Below, piece after piece: positions 48,846 to 57,400 of a DNA stretch of 64,000 nt. The first letter of the stretch is position 1; every line of letters begins with the position of its first letter. Under the pieces are notes generated by a model. That model saw only the letters and a program-made list of their open reading frames with translations, made no database searches and was not told the DNA's origin. The translations under genes and the position numbers were made by a program. Source of the DNA: an uncultured Lentisphaerales bacterium (lineage in GTDB: Bacteria; Verrucomicrobiota; Lentisphaeria; JABSQK01; UBA12247); the NCBI GenBank assembly GCA_943788985.1, contig CALSSJ010000005.1, positions 144,066 to 208,065 of the forward strand, given 5' to 3'.

Positions 48846-51059
48846 TTGGGCGACTCGCCAAAAAATAGCGGGGGCGGCTACGGTTTTGGCACGTTCGGCG
48901 GGGTTTTTACACCGTCGATCCTGACCATTTTTGGCCTCATAATGTTCATGCGGGCCAACTTCGTGGTTGGCAACGCTGGACTGGTGCAAACGGCAATTAT
49001 TCTCTCGCTCTGTAGCGGCATCACGCTGCTGACGGCGTTCTCGATATCGGCCATTTCGACGAACACCGCGGTGGGTGGCGGTGGGGCTTATTTCTTGATC
49101 TCCCGGGTGCTCGGGCCCGGCTTCGGGACCGCGATCGGGATCGCCTTGTTCGTGGCCCAGGCGCTGTCGGTGCCGTTCTACATTCTTGGTTTTGTCGAAG
49201 CGCTAGCCACGGTCTGGCCTGGATTGCCGTTTCGCCTGGTCTGCTTGGCGACACTGGCGGTGCTGTTCGTTGTGACTTGGGTGGGAGCCGATGTGGCGAT
49301 CCGCTTTCAGTATATCATCCTGGCTGTGCTTGTGGTCTCAATATTCGTCTTCATGATTGGCCTGGCGCAACACTTCGAGGCCGACACCATGCGCAGCAAT
49401 ATTGCCTCGAACTATGCAGACAATGCAAACATGTGGACCATGTTTGCCGTCTACTTTCCGGCAGTGACTGGAATCATGGCTGGAGTGAATATGAGTGGTG
49501 ACCTGCGAGATCCCGCGAAGTCGATTCCGCGCGGGATTTTAGCGGCGATCATTCTCAGCTTCTTTGTCTATGGCATTCAAATTGTGCTGGCAAGTGGGCT
49601 TACTGATGCCGAGACTCTGCGCGAGCAGCCGTTTCAGTTGCTCATGGATCATGCCTGGCTCGGCCTCTCTTGGCTGGTGATCGCTGGGGTCTTTTCGGCG
49701 ACACTCTCTAGCGCCATTGGGTCCTATCTCGGGGCGCCGCGCGTGCTGCAGGCTGTGGCACGGGATAAGACCGTGGCCGTGCTAGCGCCATTCAGTGCTG
49801 GGCAGGGCAAGCAGGACGAGCCGCGCCGCGCGCTGATCGCCACTTTTGTGATTGGCGCCGTGACGTTGATCGCTGTGGGCGGCGATTCTGGAGGAGGGGG
49901 GCTGAACCTGGTAGCCGCAATGGTGACGATGGTCTTTCTCTACACCTATGGCATGACCAATCTCGCCGCGTTCGTCGAATCTTTTGGTAAGAATCCCAGC
50001 TTTCGCCCGCGTTTCCGCTTCTTTCACTGGTCGTCTGCGCTAGTCGGCGGCGTGGCCTGTGTCTGGAGTGCGATGATGATCAATGCGTTGGCGGCTGCAC
50101 TTGCACTGGCCGTGCTCGCCGTCCTGTTTGTGCTCGCGCGAGTACGCGAGAATGAGGCAACCTACGGCGACGCTCGGCGCGGCTTTGTCTACCAGCGTGC
50201 GCGTTCGCAGTTGCTCAACCTCTCCCGAATGCCGCCGCACCCGAAGAACTGGCGCCCGACCAGTATCGTATTCTCCGGAAATCCCTACGCGCGGCTGGCG
50301 CTGGTACGCTTTGCCCGCTGGTTTGGCATGAATTGCGGGATTGTCTCCGTCGTTTCGGTGGTCGTGGGCGATACCGAGAAGGATCTGGAGAAGTGCGACG
50401 AGGCGCGGCGCCAGCTTCAGGCCTTCGTCGAGGAGAATAAGCTGGATGTCTTCCCCGAGACAGTGATGCTGGAGGATTTCGACCGCGACCTGAAAGTCTT
50501 CCTGCAGTCCTATTCGATCGGCCCGATCAAACCCAATATGGTGCTCTTTGGCTGGCCACGGGACGAAGGCCGACTCGGGCCATTCTTCTCCCACCTGCGG
50601 ACCACGCGCAAGCTCGGCAAGAGCAGCGTGATTGTGATGGATCGTATGGGCGAGACCCGCCTGAAGCGCGTCGATTGCTGGTGGCGAGGGCAGGGCAATG
50701 GTCCGCTGATGGTCACCCTGTGCCACCTGCTGCTGGAGTGTGAGGCGTGGCGGGGTGCCAAGCTGCGCTTGATTCGGCAGATTCAGAGTGAGGAGGAAGC
50801 CGGAGAGGCCCTGCGCGAATTACAACAGGTGGCCGGCCAGGCAAGAATCGATGCGGAGTTCGCAACGCCCATTGGAAGTGGCACATTTCAAGAACTGCTT
50901 CACCGCGAGTCTGCCGACGCAGATCTGGTGGTCCTTGGCTTTGTGCCCGCGGAACCAGGCCAGGAAGTTGAGGCCTACAAGCGTCTCACCGCGCTTTTTG
51001 CGCCGCTTTCGAGCGTGATACTCGTGAACTCCAGCGGCGAGGTTGACCTAGAAGCGTAA
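48846..51059 (+). CDS. Cation-chloride cotransporter (SLC12-like, APC superfamily)
   Basis: FGTFGGVFTPSILTIFG, GGAYFLISRVLG, FPAVTGIMAG, NPSFRP, KNWRP and a cytoplasmic C-terminal domain. Confidence 0.88.
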   Translation: MGDSPKNSGGGYGFGTFGGVFTPSILTIFGLIMFMRANFVVGNAGLVQTAIILSLCSGITLLTAFSISAISTNTAVGGGGAYFLISRVLGPGFGTAIGIALFVAQALSVPFYILGFVEALATVWPGLPFRLVCLATLAVLFVVTWVGADVAIRFQYIILAVLVVSIFVFMIGLAQHFEADTMRSNIASNYADNANMWTMFAVYFPAVTGIMAGVNMSGDLRDPAKSIPRGILAAIILSFFVYGIQIVLASGLTDAETLREQPFQLLMDHAWLGLSWLVIAGVFSATLSSAIGSYLGAPRVLQAVARDKTVAVLAPFSAGQGKQDEPRRALIATFVIGAVTLIAVGGDSGGGGLNLVAAMVTMVFLYTYGMTNLAAFVESFGKNPSFRPRFRFFHWSSALVGGVACVWSAMMINALAAALALAVLAVLFVLARVRENEATYGDARRGFVYQRARSQLLNLSRMPPHPKNWRPTSIVFSGNPYARLALVRFARWFGMNCGIVSVVSVVVGDTEKDLEKCDEARRQLQAFVEENKLDVFPETVMLEDFDRDLKVFLQSYSIGPIKPNMVLFGWPRDEGRLGPFFSHLRTTRKLGKSSVIVMDRMGETRLKRVDCWWRGQGNGPLMVTLCHLLLECEAWRGAKLRLIRQIQSEEEAGEALRELQQVAGQARIDAEFATPIGSGTFQELLHRESADADLVVLGFVPAEPGQEVEAYKRLTALFAPLSSVILVNSSGEVDLEA

Positions 51060-51225
51060 ACAAGATCCAATGATTTCCTGACTCTTTGACTGGCACAACG
51101 TTAAAGAGTCGCTTGGTCAATCCAAGAGTCAAGGACACACGCAGCGTTCATCCCTTGGTAGGGGTGACAAACCCTGCTCTCTCATGTACAGTCTCTGGAC
51201 CTCCCAAGATGCGCACAGGCGGGTT

Positions 51226-51804
51226 ATGAGCTTTAGTAATTTTTTTGGTCGAATCCTTCAACGCCAGCAGGACGAGCCGGAGACGGTGACCGACACTGTT
51301 CCGGTAGACGCGATTCTGCATGACGAGCTCAAACGCTCTGTCGCCGAGGCCACTCGGGATCGGACGCAGCGCGTTCTGAAGGGCTATATCTGGATGTGCG
51401 GGATGATGGAGAGCGGGGCGATGACCAGCCAGCTGACCATTCTGGCCGCGAGTGCCTATACTCGGCTCTCGTCCGGAGAGTATCGCTCGGGCCGCATTGG
51501 CAAGACCTGCCTGGCTACCCTGGCAAACATGCGCCCACCCGCAGCCTTGTGCGCTCTCCGTGAATTGCGCACGATCGTCAACGAACCAGCCCTGTGCAAG
51601 CAGATCGACCTGGCGATCGAGAAGGCGGCGCAGCGCGGCGGCGCACGCCCAGAGGAGATGGTCGATACGGTCGCGCCTGCATTTGGCTTCGACAAGGATG
51701 GCCGCTGCATTGGCCGCGTCGGGAAGTACACCGCCCGCCTGCTCGCAAGCGACGATGAGATCAAGAATCAACGGCTTATGCAGCAAGTTATGGCTAGGCC
51801 ATGA
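51226..51804 (+). CDS. Hypothetical protein resembling the region leading into DUF4132, apparently truncated
   Basis: RSGRIGKTCLATL..ALCAL..L...KQIDLAIEKAA...PEEMVD..AP.FGFDKDG; overlaps the next ORF (ATGA). Confidence 0.55.
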   Translation: MSFSNFFGRILQRQQDEPETVTDTVPVDAILHDELKRSVAEATRDRTQRVLKGYIWMCGMMESGAMTSQLTILAASAYTRLSSGEYRSGRIGKTCLATLANMRPPAALCALRELRTIVNEPALCKQIDLAIEKAAQRGGARPEEMVDTVAPAFGFDKDGRCIGRVGKYTARLLASDDEIKNQRLMQQVMARP

Positions 51805-52028
51805 GATCGCGCCTGACCACCCTGATCGATCCGGAAGAAGCCGCACGTCTGGCCCGGGATCCGCTGGCGCTGCAATGGACGCGCACGCGCGAGGTCTGGG
51901 ACGACGCGGTTGCCGAGCGCTTTGAGCGTCAGTACATGAAGCCGTTGTTTGACGCATTCGAGGGGACCAATACGGAATTGCACCAGCTCATGCGGATGAT
52001 GCAGGACACTCGCCGAGAATGTCAGTAG
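51801..52028 (+). CDS. Small helical WXG100-like protein (W-x-D variant)
   Basis: 75 aa, amphipathic helices around WTRTREVWDD..F...Y..PL, directly upstream of an FtsK-type ATPase. Confidence 0.55.
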   Translation: MRSRLTTLIDPEEAARLARDPLALQWTRTREVWDDAVAERFERQYMKPLFDAFEGTNTELHQLMRMMQDTRRECQ

Positions 52029-52035
52029 GTATCGC

Positions 52036-55000
52036 TTGAGCGAAGTGCCCTCACTGGATCCCCCCGTTGTAGATATCTGGCGTGCCGAACGCCAGGCTCT
52101 CCTTGCTGCCCGCGCCACTTTCGAGCGGGCGTTGCGGAGTTCGCAACACGCCGCCGCCAGAGCGGTGGATGATCGTAAGGCCATCCAAGAGCGCAGCGAA
52201 CAGGCCCGCAAAGCTTTGGCCAGCACCATGGACGCCGAGCGCAATGCGATCGAAGCCACGCACGCCAACGCGTGCGCAGATCGCAGAGCGGCGGCAGATG
52301 GTCAGGCTCAAGCCCTGAATGATCGCCTTCACTCCCTCCAAGTTGGGCGAGGCGACTTGGAGCTGACGCTCCGCCGGAGCGGCTGGGGCGAGCCGATCCA
52401 GCGTGCCCGAGAGATCAAAATGACCGCCGCAGCACCAGTTGCGGACATCGCCACGCTGGAGGCGCGGCTGACCGAAGCAGAGGAGCTGGCCCAGGCGATT
52501 GTCACACTCGCGGAGGCTACCGAGGGGCCAGATATTGTCCGAGTCGTAAAGGCTCCGCCCAAGCGCGGTTTCGCTACGCTTCGCCAGTTCGTGGCGCGAT
52601 CCGTCGGGGATTTCGTCGATGCCAACCACGGAAAAGCGACCACCTCACAACTGCCGGACCTTTACCCGGCATTGTGTCTAACGATTGGTCAGTTGGAAGA
52701 GCAGCTTGCCCTGCTGCTGTTGGACGCGGAGCTGGCACTGGATCAGCAGGATGAAATCGCCCGCGAAGAGAAGAAACACAAGACCGATGCGCTGGAGCGA
52801 AGAAAGGCGGTTGCCCTTGCGGAGATCGCAAGTCAGGAGCAGGAAGGGCTAGAGGCGCTTTCCCGCCGTCAGAAGCAGGCCAGGCAGGTGCAGAATCTGG
52901 CGGCTGCAGCAGCGGGCAACACGCTCATGGCTTTTCGCGATACCCAGCCGAACGCTGGCTGGCAGCTGGGCTCGCTTACGGCGAAACTCAAGAATGCCGA
53001 GATTGCTCTCCCGCTGGTTTTGGAGCCGACCACAGCCTTGCCGCTGGTCATCTTCTCCAAGACGCCACTTGGCCGGCAGCAAGCCCTGGCGACCGTAAAC
53101 TCATTGATCTGTCATTTGTTGAAGCAATTGCCCCCCGGCAAGCTGCAATTGGCCATAGTGGACGCTTTGTCCCTCGGGCAGAACGTCGCGTCATTTATCC
53201 ATCTCGCAGACTTCGATGCGAACCTGTTGCACGAGAAGATCATGACCGAGCGGCTGGACGTGGAGCGGCTGATCAGCAAGCTTGCCGAACATGCAGCGAT
53301 GATCATCCAGAAGTATCTGCGTAGTGATTTTGCGGACATCGCAGCGTTCAACCGGCAGGCCGGCGAGATTGCGGAGCCGTACCGGCTGCTGGTGATTCTC
53401 GATGCCCCCGCAGGTGTTGGCGAGGATGCCGCCGAGCGACTGGCCACGCTGTTGGCCAATGGTGCCCGTAGTGGCGTCCTGACCGTGATGCACTGTGATG
53501 CACAGCGTAAAATGCCTCGCGAGTTGCAGGAAGACCTGGAGGGGCTCGCGGTGGTGCTGGATGAGGCAGACGATGGCACATTTCGGCTGCGCGATGAGGT
53601 CCTGGGAGACTGCCCGGTCATGCTGAATGAAGGGCTTTTGCTGGATCAGATTCAGGCCCTTGTGGAGCAAGTCGGGAAGGCTGCGCGAGATGCTTCTGGC
53701 GTCGAGATCGCCTATCAAGATGTGGAAGCGGCGGCCAAAATTGGCAGCTACTGGCGTGCGTCTTCTGCGGAAGAACTGCGGGTGCCGCTCGGGCCGACGG
53801 GCGCGAATCGACTGCGCTATCTGACGCTGGGCAAGGGAACGAGCCAGCATGTGCTAATTGCTGGCAAGACTGGATCTGGAAAGTCCACCCTGCTGCACGT
53901 GATCATCACCGGGCTTGCGCTGCGCTACTCGCCGTCTGAGCTGCAGCTCTACCTGATCGACTTTAAGAAAGGCGTGGAGTTCAAGCAATACGTCACCTAC
54001 GGGATGCCGCATTTGCGGGTGGTGGCGATCGAGAGCGAACGGGAGTTTGGCCTGAGTGTGCTGCGCGGTCTCGACGCCACGCTCCAAGAGCGCGGCGAGC
54101 TGTTTCGCGATGCGGGCGCTGAAGATGTGAAGAGCTATCGCGAGCGCAGTGGCCAGACCTTGCCCAGGATTGTCCTGATCGTCGATGAGTTTCAGGAGTT
54201 CTTTGCCGAAGATGACGCAATTGCCGCCAAGATTTCGCAGATTCTGGACCGGCTAGTGCGCCAGGGACGAGCCTTTGGCGTGCATGTGCTGATGGGGTCC
54301 CAAACGCTTGCGGGCACCTACATGCTGGCCAGGAGCAGCCTAGAACAGATGGCGGTGCGAATCGCCCTGCCTTGCAGCGAGGCAGACTCGCGCTTGATTT
54401 TGAGCGAGGAGAATTCTGCGGGACGCTCGCTCACGCGCCCGGGCGCAGCGATCTACAACGATCGCAATGGCTTGGTCGAAGGCAACGACTCGTTTCAAGT
54501 TGCCTGGCTGAGTAAGGAGGAGCATGAGCGTTACCTGCACCTGCTCCGAAATTTGCGCTGCGACGAGTTCGTGCCCGCCCCTGTGGTGTTTGAGGGAAGC
54601 GCGCCAGCGGCGTTTGCGACGGCGCCGTTCGTAGCGCGGCTTCGTGCTGGTGAGGTGGCACCCGGAACCGTGCTTCTAGGACAGCCGGTTTCGATCGACG
54701 ATGCCTGCGCGGTGCAGTTCCGACGGCAGTCTGGCAGTCACCTGCTGATCGTGGGGATGAATGCGGAGTCCGCAGAGTCCATCTTCAGATCTGTGATCTA
54801 CTCGCTGGTCAAGAATCCGGTCCGTCGCGGCCGCGTCATCATGGTGGATCTGGCGTTGCGTGCGGATGAGCCCGAGCGCTTCGGAGCCAGCGCCGAGTGG
54901 CTGGGAGAGGACCTCGAGATAGTGTCGCCGCGCCAGCTTGTCTCTCTGCTGGCCGGATGGCGAGAGCGGATGGAAGAGCCGCGCCAGGAGGAGGTATACC

Positions 55001-55389
55001 TTGCGTTCTTTGGCCTGCATCGTGCCCGTGACATACAGCCGCATGACGATTTCGGCGGGTTGTCGATGAGTTTTAGCGATGAGCCCGCGCCCGCTACACC
55101 GGGCCAGCAACTTGGTGACTTGTTGCGCGAGGGCCCGGAGCACGGGATTCATGTCCTGGCCTGGTGCGACTCTGCGCCAAATCTAACCCGGCGAGTGAGT
55201 GCGCCGACCGTGCGTGAATTCGAGATGCGGGTGTTGTTTCAGATGAGCCTGCAGGATTCATTGGCGCTGACAGACTCGCCAGCCGCCAGCCGCTTGGGGC
55301 TGGGACGGGCAGTCTTTACGAGCGATGAGCTTGGCCGGCAAGAGACGTTCAAGCCATATGCCGTGGCCGCGAGAGTGACTGATGCGTGA
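52036..55389 (+). CDS. FtsK/SpoIIIE-domain ATPase, EccC/EssC-like (coiled coil + three FtsK-type domains, one intact)
   Basis: Middle domain: HVLIAGKTGSGKS, LIDFKKGVEF, IVDEFQE, RQGRAFGVH. Degenerate flanking domains: YRLLVILD..NGARSGV and HLLIVG..REGPEHGIH. No DNA-binding gamma domain. Confidence 0.9.
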   Translation: MSEVPSLDPPVVDIWRAERQALLAARATFERALRSSQHAAARAVDDRKAIQERSEQARKALASTMDAERNAIEATHANACADRRAAADGQAQALNDRLHSLQVGRGDLELTLRRSGWGEPIQRAREIKMTAAAPVADIATLEARLTEAEELAQAIVTLAEATEGPDIVRVVKAPPKRGFATLRQFVARSVGDFVDANHGKATTSQLPDLYPALCLTIGQLEEQLALLLLDAELALDQQDEIAREEKKHKTDALERRKAVALAEIASQEQEGLEALSRRQKQARQVQNLAAAAAGNTLMAFRDTQPNAGWQLGSLTAKLKNAEIALPLVLEPTTALPLVIFSKTPLGRQQALATVNSLICHLLKQLPPGKLQLAIVDALSLGQNVASFIHLADFDANLLHEKIMTERLDVERLISKLAEHAAMIIQKYLRSDFADIAAFNRQAGEIAEPYRLLVILDAPAGVGEDAAERLATLLANGARSGVLTVMHCDAQRKMPRELQEDLEGLAVVLDEADDGTFRLRDEVLGDCPVMLNEGLLLDQIQALVEQVGKAARDASGVEIAYQDVEAAAKIGSYWRASSAEELRVPLGPTGANRLRYLTLGKGTSQHVLIAGKTGSGKSTLLHVIITGLALRYSPSELQLYLIDFKKGVEFKQYVTYGMPHLRVVAIESEREFGLSVLRGLDATLQERGELFRDAGAEDVKSYRERSGQTLPRIVLIVDEFQEFFAEDDAIAAKISQILDRLVRQGRAFGVHVLMGSQTLAGTYMLARSSLEQMAVRIALPCSEADSRLILSEENSAGRSLTRPGAAIYNDRNGLVEGNDSFQVAWLSKEEHERYLHLLRNLRCDEFVPAPVVFEGSAPAAFATAPFVARLRAGEVAPGTVLLGQPVSIDDACAVQFRRQSGSHLLIVGMNAESAESIFRSVIYSLVKNPVRRGRVIMVDLALRADEPERFGASAEWLGEDLEIVSPRQLVSLLAGWRERMEEPRQEEVYLAFFGLHRARDIQPHDDFGGLSMSFSDEPAPATPGQQLGDLLREGPEHGIHVLAWCDSAPNLTRRVSAPTVREFEMRVLFQMSLQDSLALTDSPAASRLGLGRAVFTSDELGRQETFKPYAVAARVTDA

Positions 55390-56941
55390 CACACGCCGCA
55401 GCGTGGTCGCAATTTTGCTGATCGCGATTGCGCTGTTGTTGACGTTACGGTGGGCACCCACGCATGAGCAAAGCCAGGATTTGCGGACTCCGCAAACCCT
55501 GGCAACGGAGACCATTGCCATGCCTGCCGCAGTTGCTGCCGCGAGCAAACCGCGCACGCGATTGCGCTTGCATCGTCCCCCTGCGCAGGTCGTCCCCGCA
55601 GGTTTTATGGATCTGGTCTTGCGGCTGGACCGCCCGGAAGACTGGGAGGAGGTGGTGCGCGATGTCCGGGATCGCGGCGGTGAAATCTTGGGCCATCTCG
55701 AGGCGCTGGGGCGGCTCCAAGTGCGGATTCCACACCATGAACGCAGTGGCCTCCTGCGGGCCACCTCCCGCGCGATCGAAGAGGATAACGTGCCGATCTT
55801 TGCGCCAGTTCCGGTCTCGCGCGACGATGAGGCGGGCGCTGCGCAGGCACCTTTCGGTCGCGGGGCGTTGGCCTGGCTGGGGCTGCCAGACGATGCTCCC
55901 ACGGGCGAGGGCGTGACGATTGCCGTGCTGGATACGGCGTTGTCGGATCATGAGGTGCTGGAGAACGCGGAAGTCGACCGTCTCTCGGTGGACGAGCAAT
56001 TGGCGATGGATGGGGAGTATGCTGGGCACGGAAACGCGGTGGCCGGGCTTCTCGTCGGAGACGGCGAGTTGCTGGGCATGGTCCCGGACGCGCGGTTGCT
56101 CGGCATCCAGGTGCTGAATGGTGAAGGGGCTGGCACCGCGTTTTCGCTGGCGATGGGGATTGTCGAGGCGGTGGAGCGGGGGGCAGATATCATCAACATG
56201 AGCTTGGGCACGTATACCGATAGCCCGGTTTTGCGCGAGGCCGTGGCCTATGCCCTGGAAGCTGGCGTGCTGCTGGTGGGGGCAGCGGGCAATGACCAGG
56301 CCGCGCAGCCACTGTACCCGGCGCGGTATGACGGCGTGCTCTCGGTCACGGCGGTAGATGCAGCTGAGGACCACGTCTCGTTTGCCAACACGGGAGAGAT
56401 CGATCTGGCCGCGCCTGGCTACGGCGTGGTCTCGGCCTGGGATGAAGGTCTGGTCTACTTGAATGGGACGTCCATTGCCGCCAGCCTGGTCACTGGTGCC
56501 TTGGCCGTGATGATGAGTGGCGACCGGGAGGCGAGCGCCGCACGAGAAGAGATTCTGGCTTACTCGGACGATGTCGGTCGGCCGGGAGAGGATGACCAGT
56601 TTGGGCAGGGGATTTTGAACATGGAGCGCGCTCTGATTGGTGATGAGCCGGGGATGCATGACCTGGCGATTGGTGGGATTACGAGCGAGGCGGGATTGCA
56701 GGTGACTGTGCAGAACCGGGGGACGGAGCCCGTGGTGCGTGGGAAGGTGTTGATCGAGAGCGAGGCCGGGGAGCAGCGAGAGACCATTGTCTGGCTGGCC
56801 GCAGGCGAGAGTGTGGGCGTCACGGTTTCGCCAGTACCCGAAGGCGGCTTGGTCTCCGCTCAGGCGACTCTCGACGCACAAGATGAGCGTCCGAAAAACG
56901 ACAACCGGCAGCTTGTGTTGGAGCGAATCGACGGCCAGTAG
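55382..56941 (+). CDS. S8 subtilisin-like serine protease with N-terminal anchor and C-terminal CARDB-like domain
   Basis: Catalytic triad VLDT / HGNAV / GTS, oxyanion AAGN; overlaps the ATPase stop by 8 nt. Confidence 0.92.
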   Translation: MRDTRRSVVAILLIAIALLLTLRWAPTHEQSQDLRTPQTLATETIAMPAAVAAASKPRTRLRLHRPPAQVVPAGFMDLVLRLDRPEDWEEVVRDVRDRGGEILGHLEALGRLQVRIPHHERSGLLRATSRAIEEDNVPIFAPVPVSRDDEAGAAQAPFGRGALAWLGLPDDAPTGEGVTIAVLDTALSDHEVLENAEVDRLSVDEQLAMDGEYAGHGNAVAGLLVGDGELLGMVPDARLLGIQVLNGEGAGTAFSLAMGIVEAVERGADIINMSLGTYTDSPVLREAVAYALEAGVLLVGAAGNDQAAQPLYPARYDGVLSVTAVDAAEDHVSFANTGEIDLAAPGYGVVSAWDEGLVYLNGTSIAASLVTGALAVMMSGDREASAAREEILAYSDDVGRPGEDDQFGQGILNMERALIGDEPGMHDLAIGGITSEAGLQVTVQNRGTEPVVRGKVLIESEAGEQRETIVWLAAGESVGVTVSPVPEGGLVSAQATLDAQDERPKNDNRQLVLERIDGQ

Positions 56942-56982
56942 TGAACGCAATAGGATCTGTTGATTTAATCGTTCGCGCCTCT

Positions 56983-57055
56983 TAGCGTAGGTCGCGTCCT
57001 CGTGCGCGCCGCTTTTGTCGCAATGGTGACGGGCACCGAGACCCGTCGTACGCTA
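56983..57055. repeat. REP-like imperfect palindrome (CGTAG type)
   Basis: tagcgtaggtcgcgtcctcgtgc ... gcaccgagacccgtcgtacgcta. Confidence 0.5.
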
Positions 57056-57400
57056 TGTTTCGCGCGCCGGGCGTTGCGCCAAACTAGGGTGAGTGGTTCT
57101 GGGGTTGCTTTACGGCTGTATCTGCGGCGCTCAGGCCATCCGTTCGCATTAAAACAACAGGCCCAATAGACGCCATGATGTACGCTTAGGCCTGATTAAT
57201 TCACGCGAATTCGCCGCGAGAGGCGGCAGTGTGCTGCAGATCGGCTATTTCTGTGCGACAGCCAGACTAAGAGGTATCCGGATACCTTGAGTTTGGCGTC
57301 GAGATGAAATGGTTGAGATGATGTGCAATTCAGCCTCGCAGCAGATCGCGAGTGAATTCTTCAGGTCAATAGCTCTCTGCGAACTCCGCCCGGTACAGCA

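Noticed and set aside
51076..51135. Short inverted repeat tgactctt / aagagtca upstream of the ESX-like operon
   Set aside because: Too short to distinguish operator, terminator or chance.
52036..55389. Cell-division DNA translocase ftsK
   Set aside because: No N-terminal TM domain or gamma domain; three tandem FtsK-type domains instead.
55445..56950. 501-aa minus-strand ORF
   Set aside because: Antisense shadow of the S8 protease; typical of GC-rich DNA.
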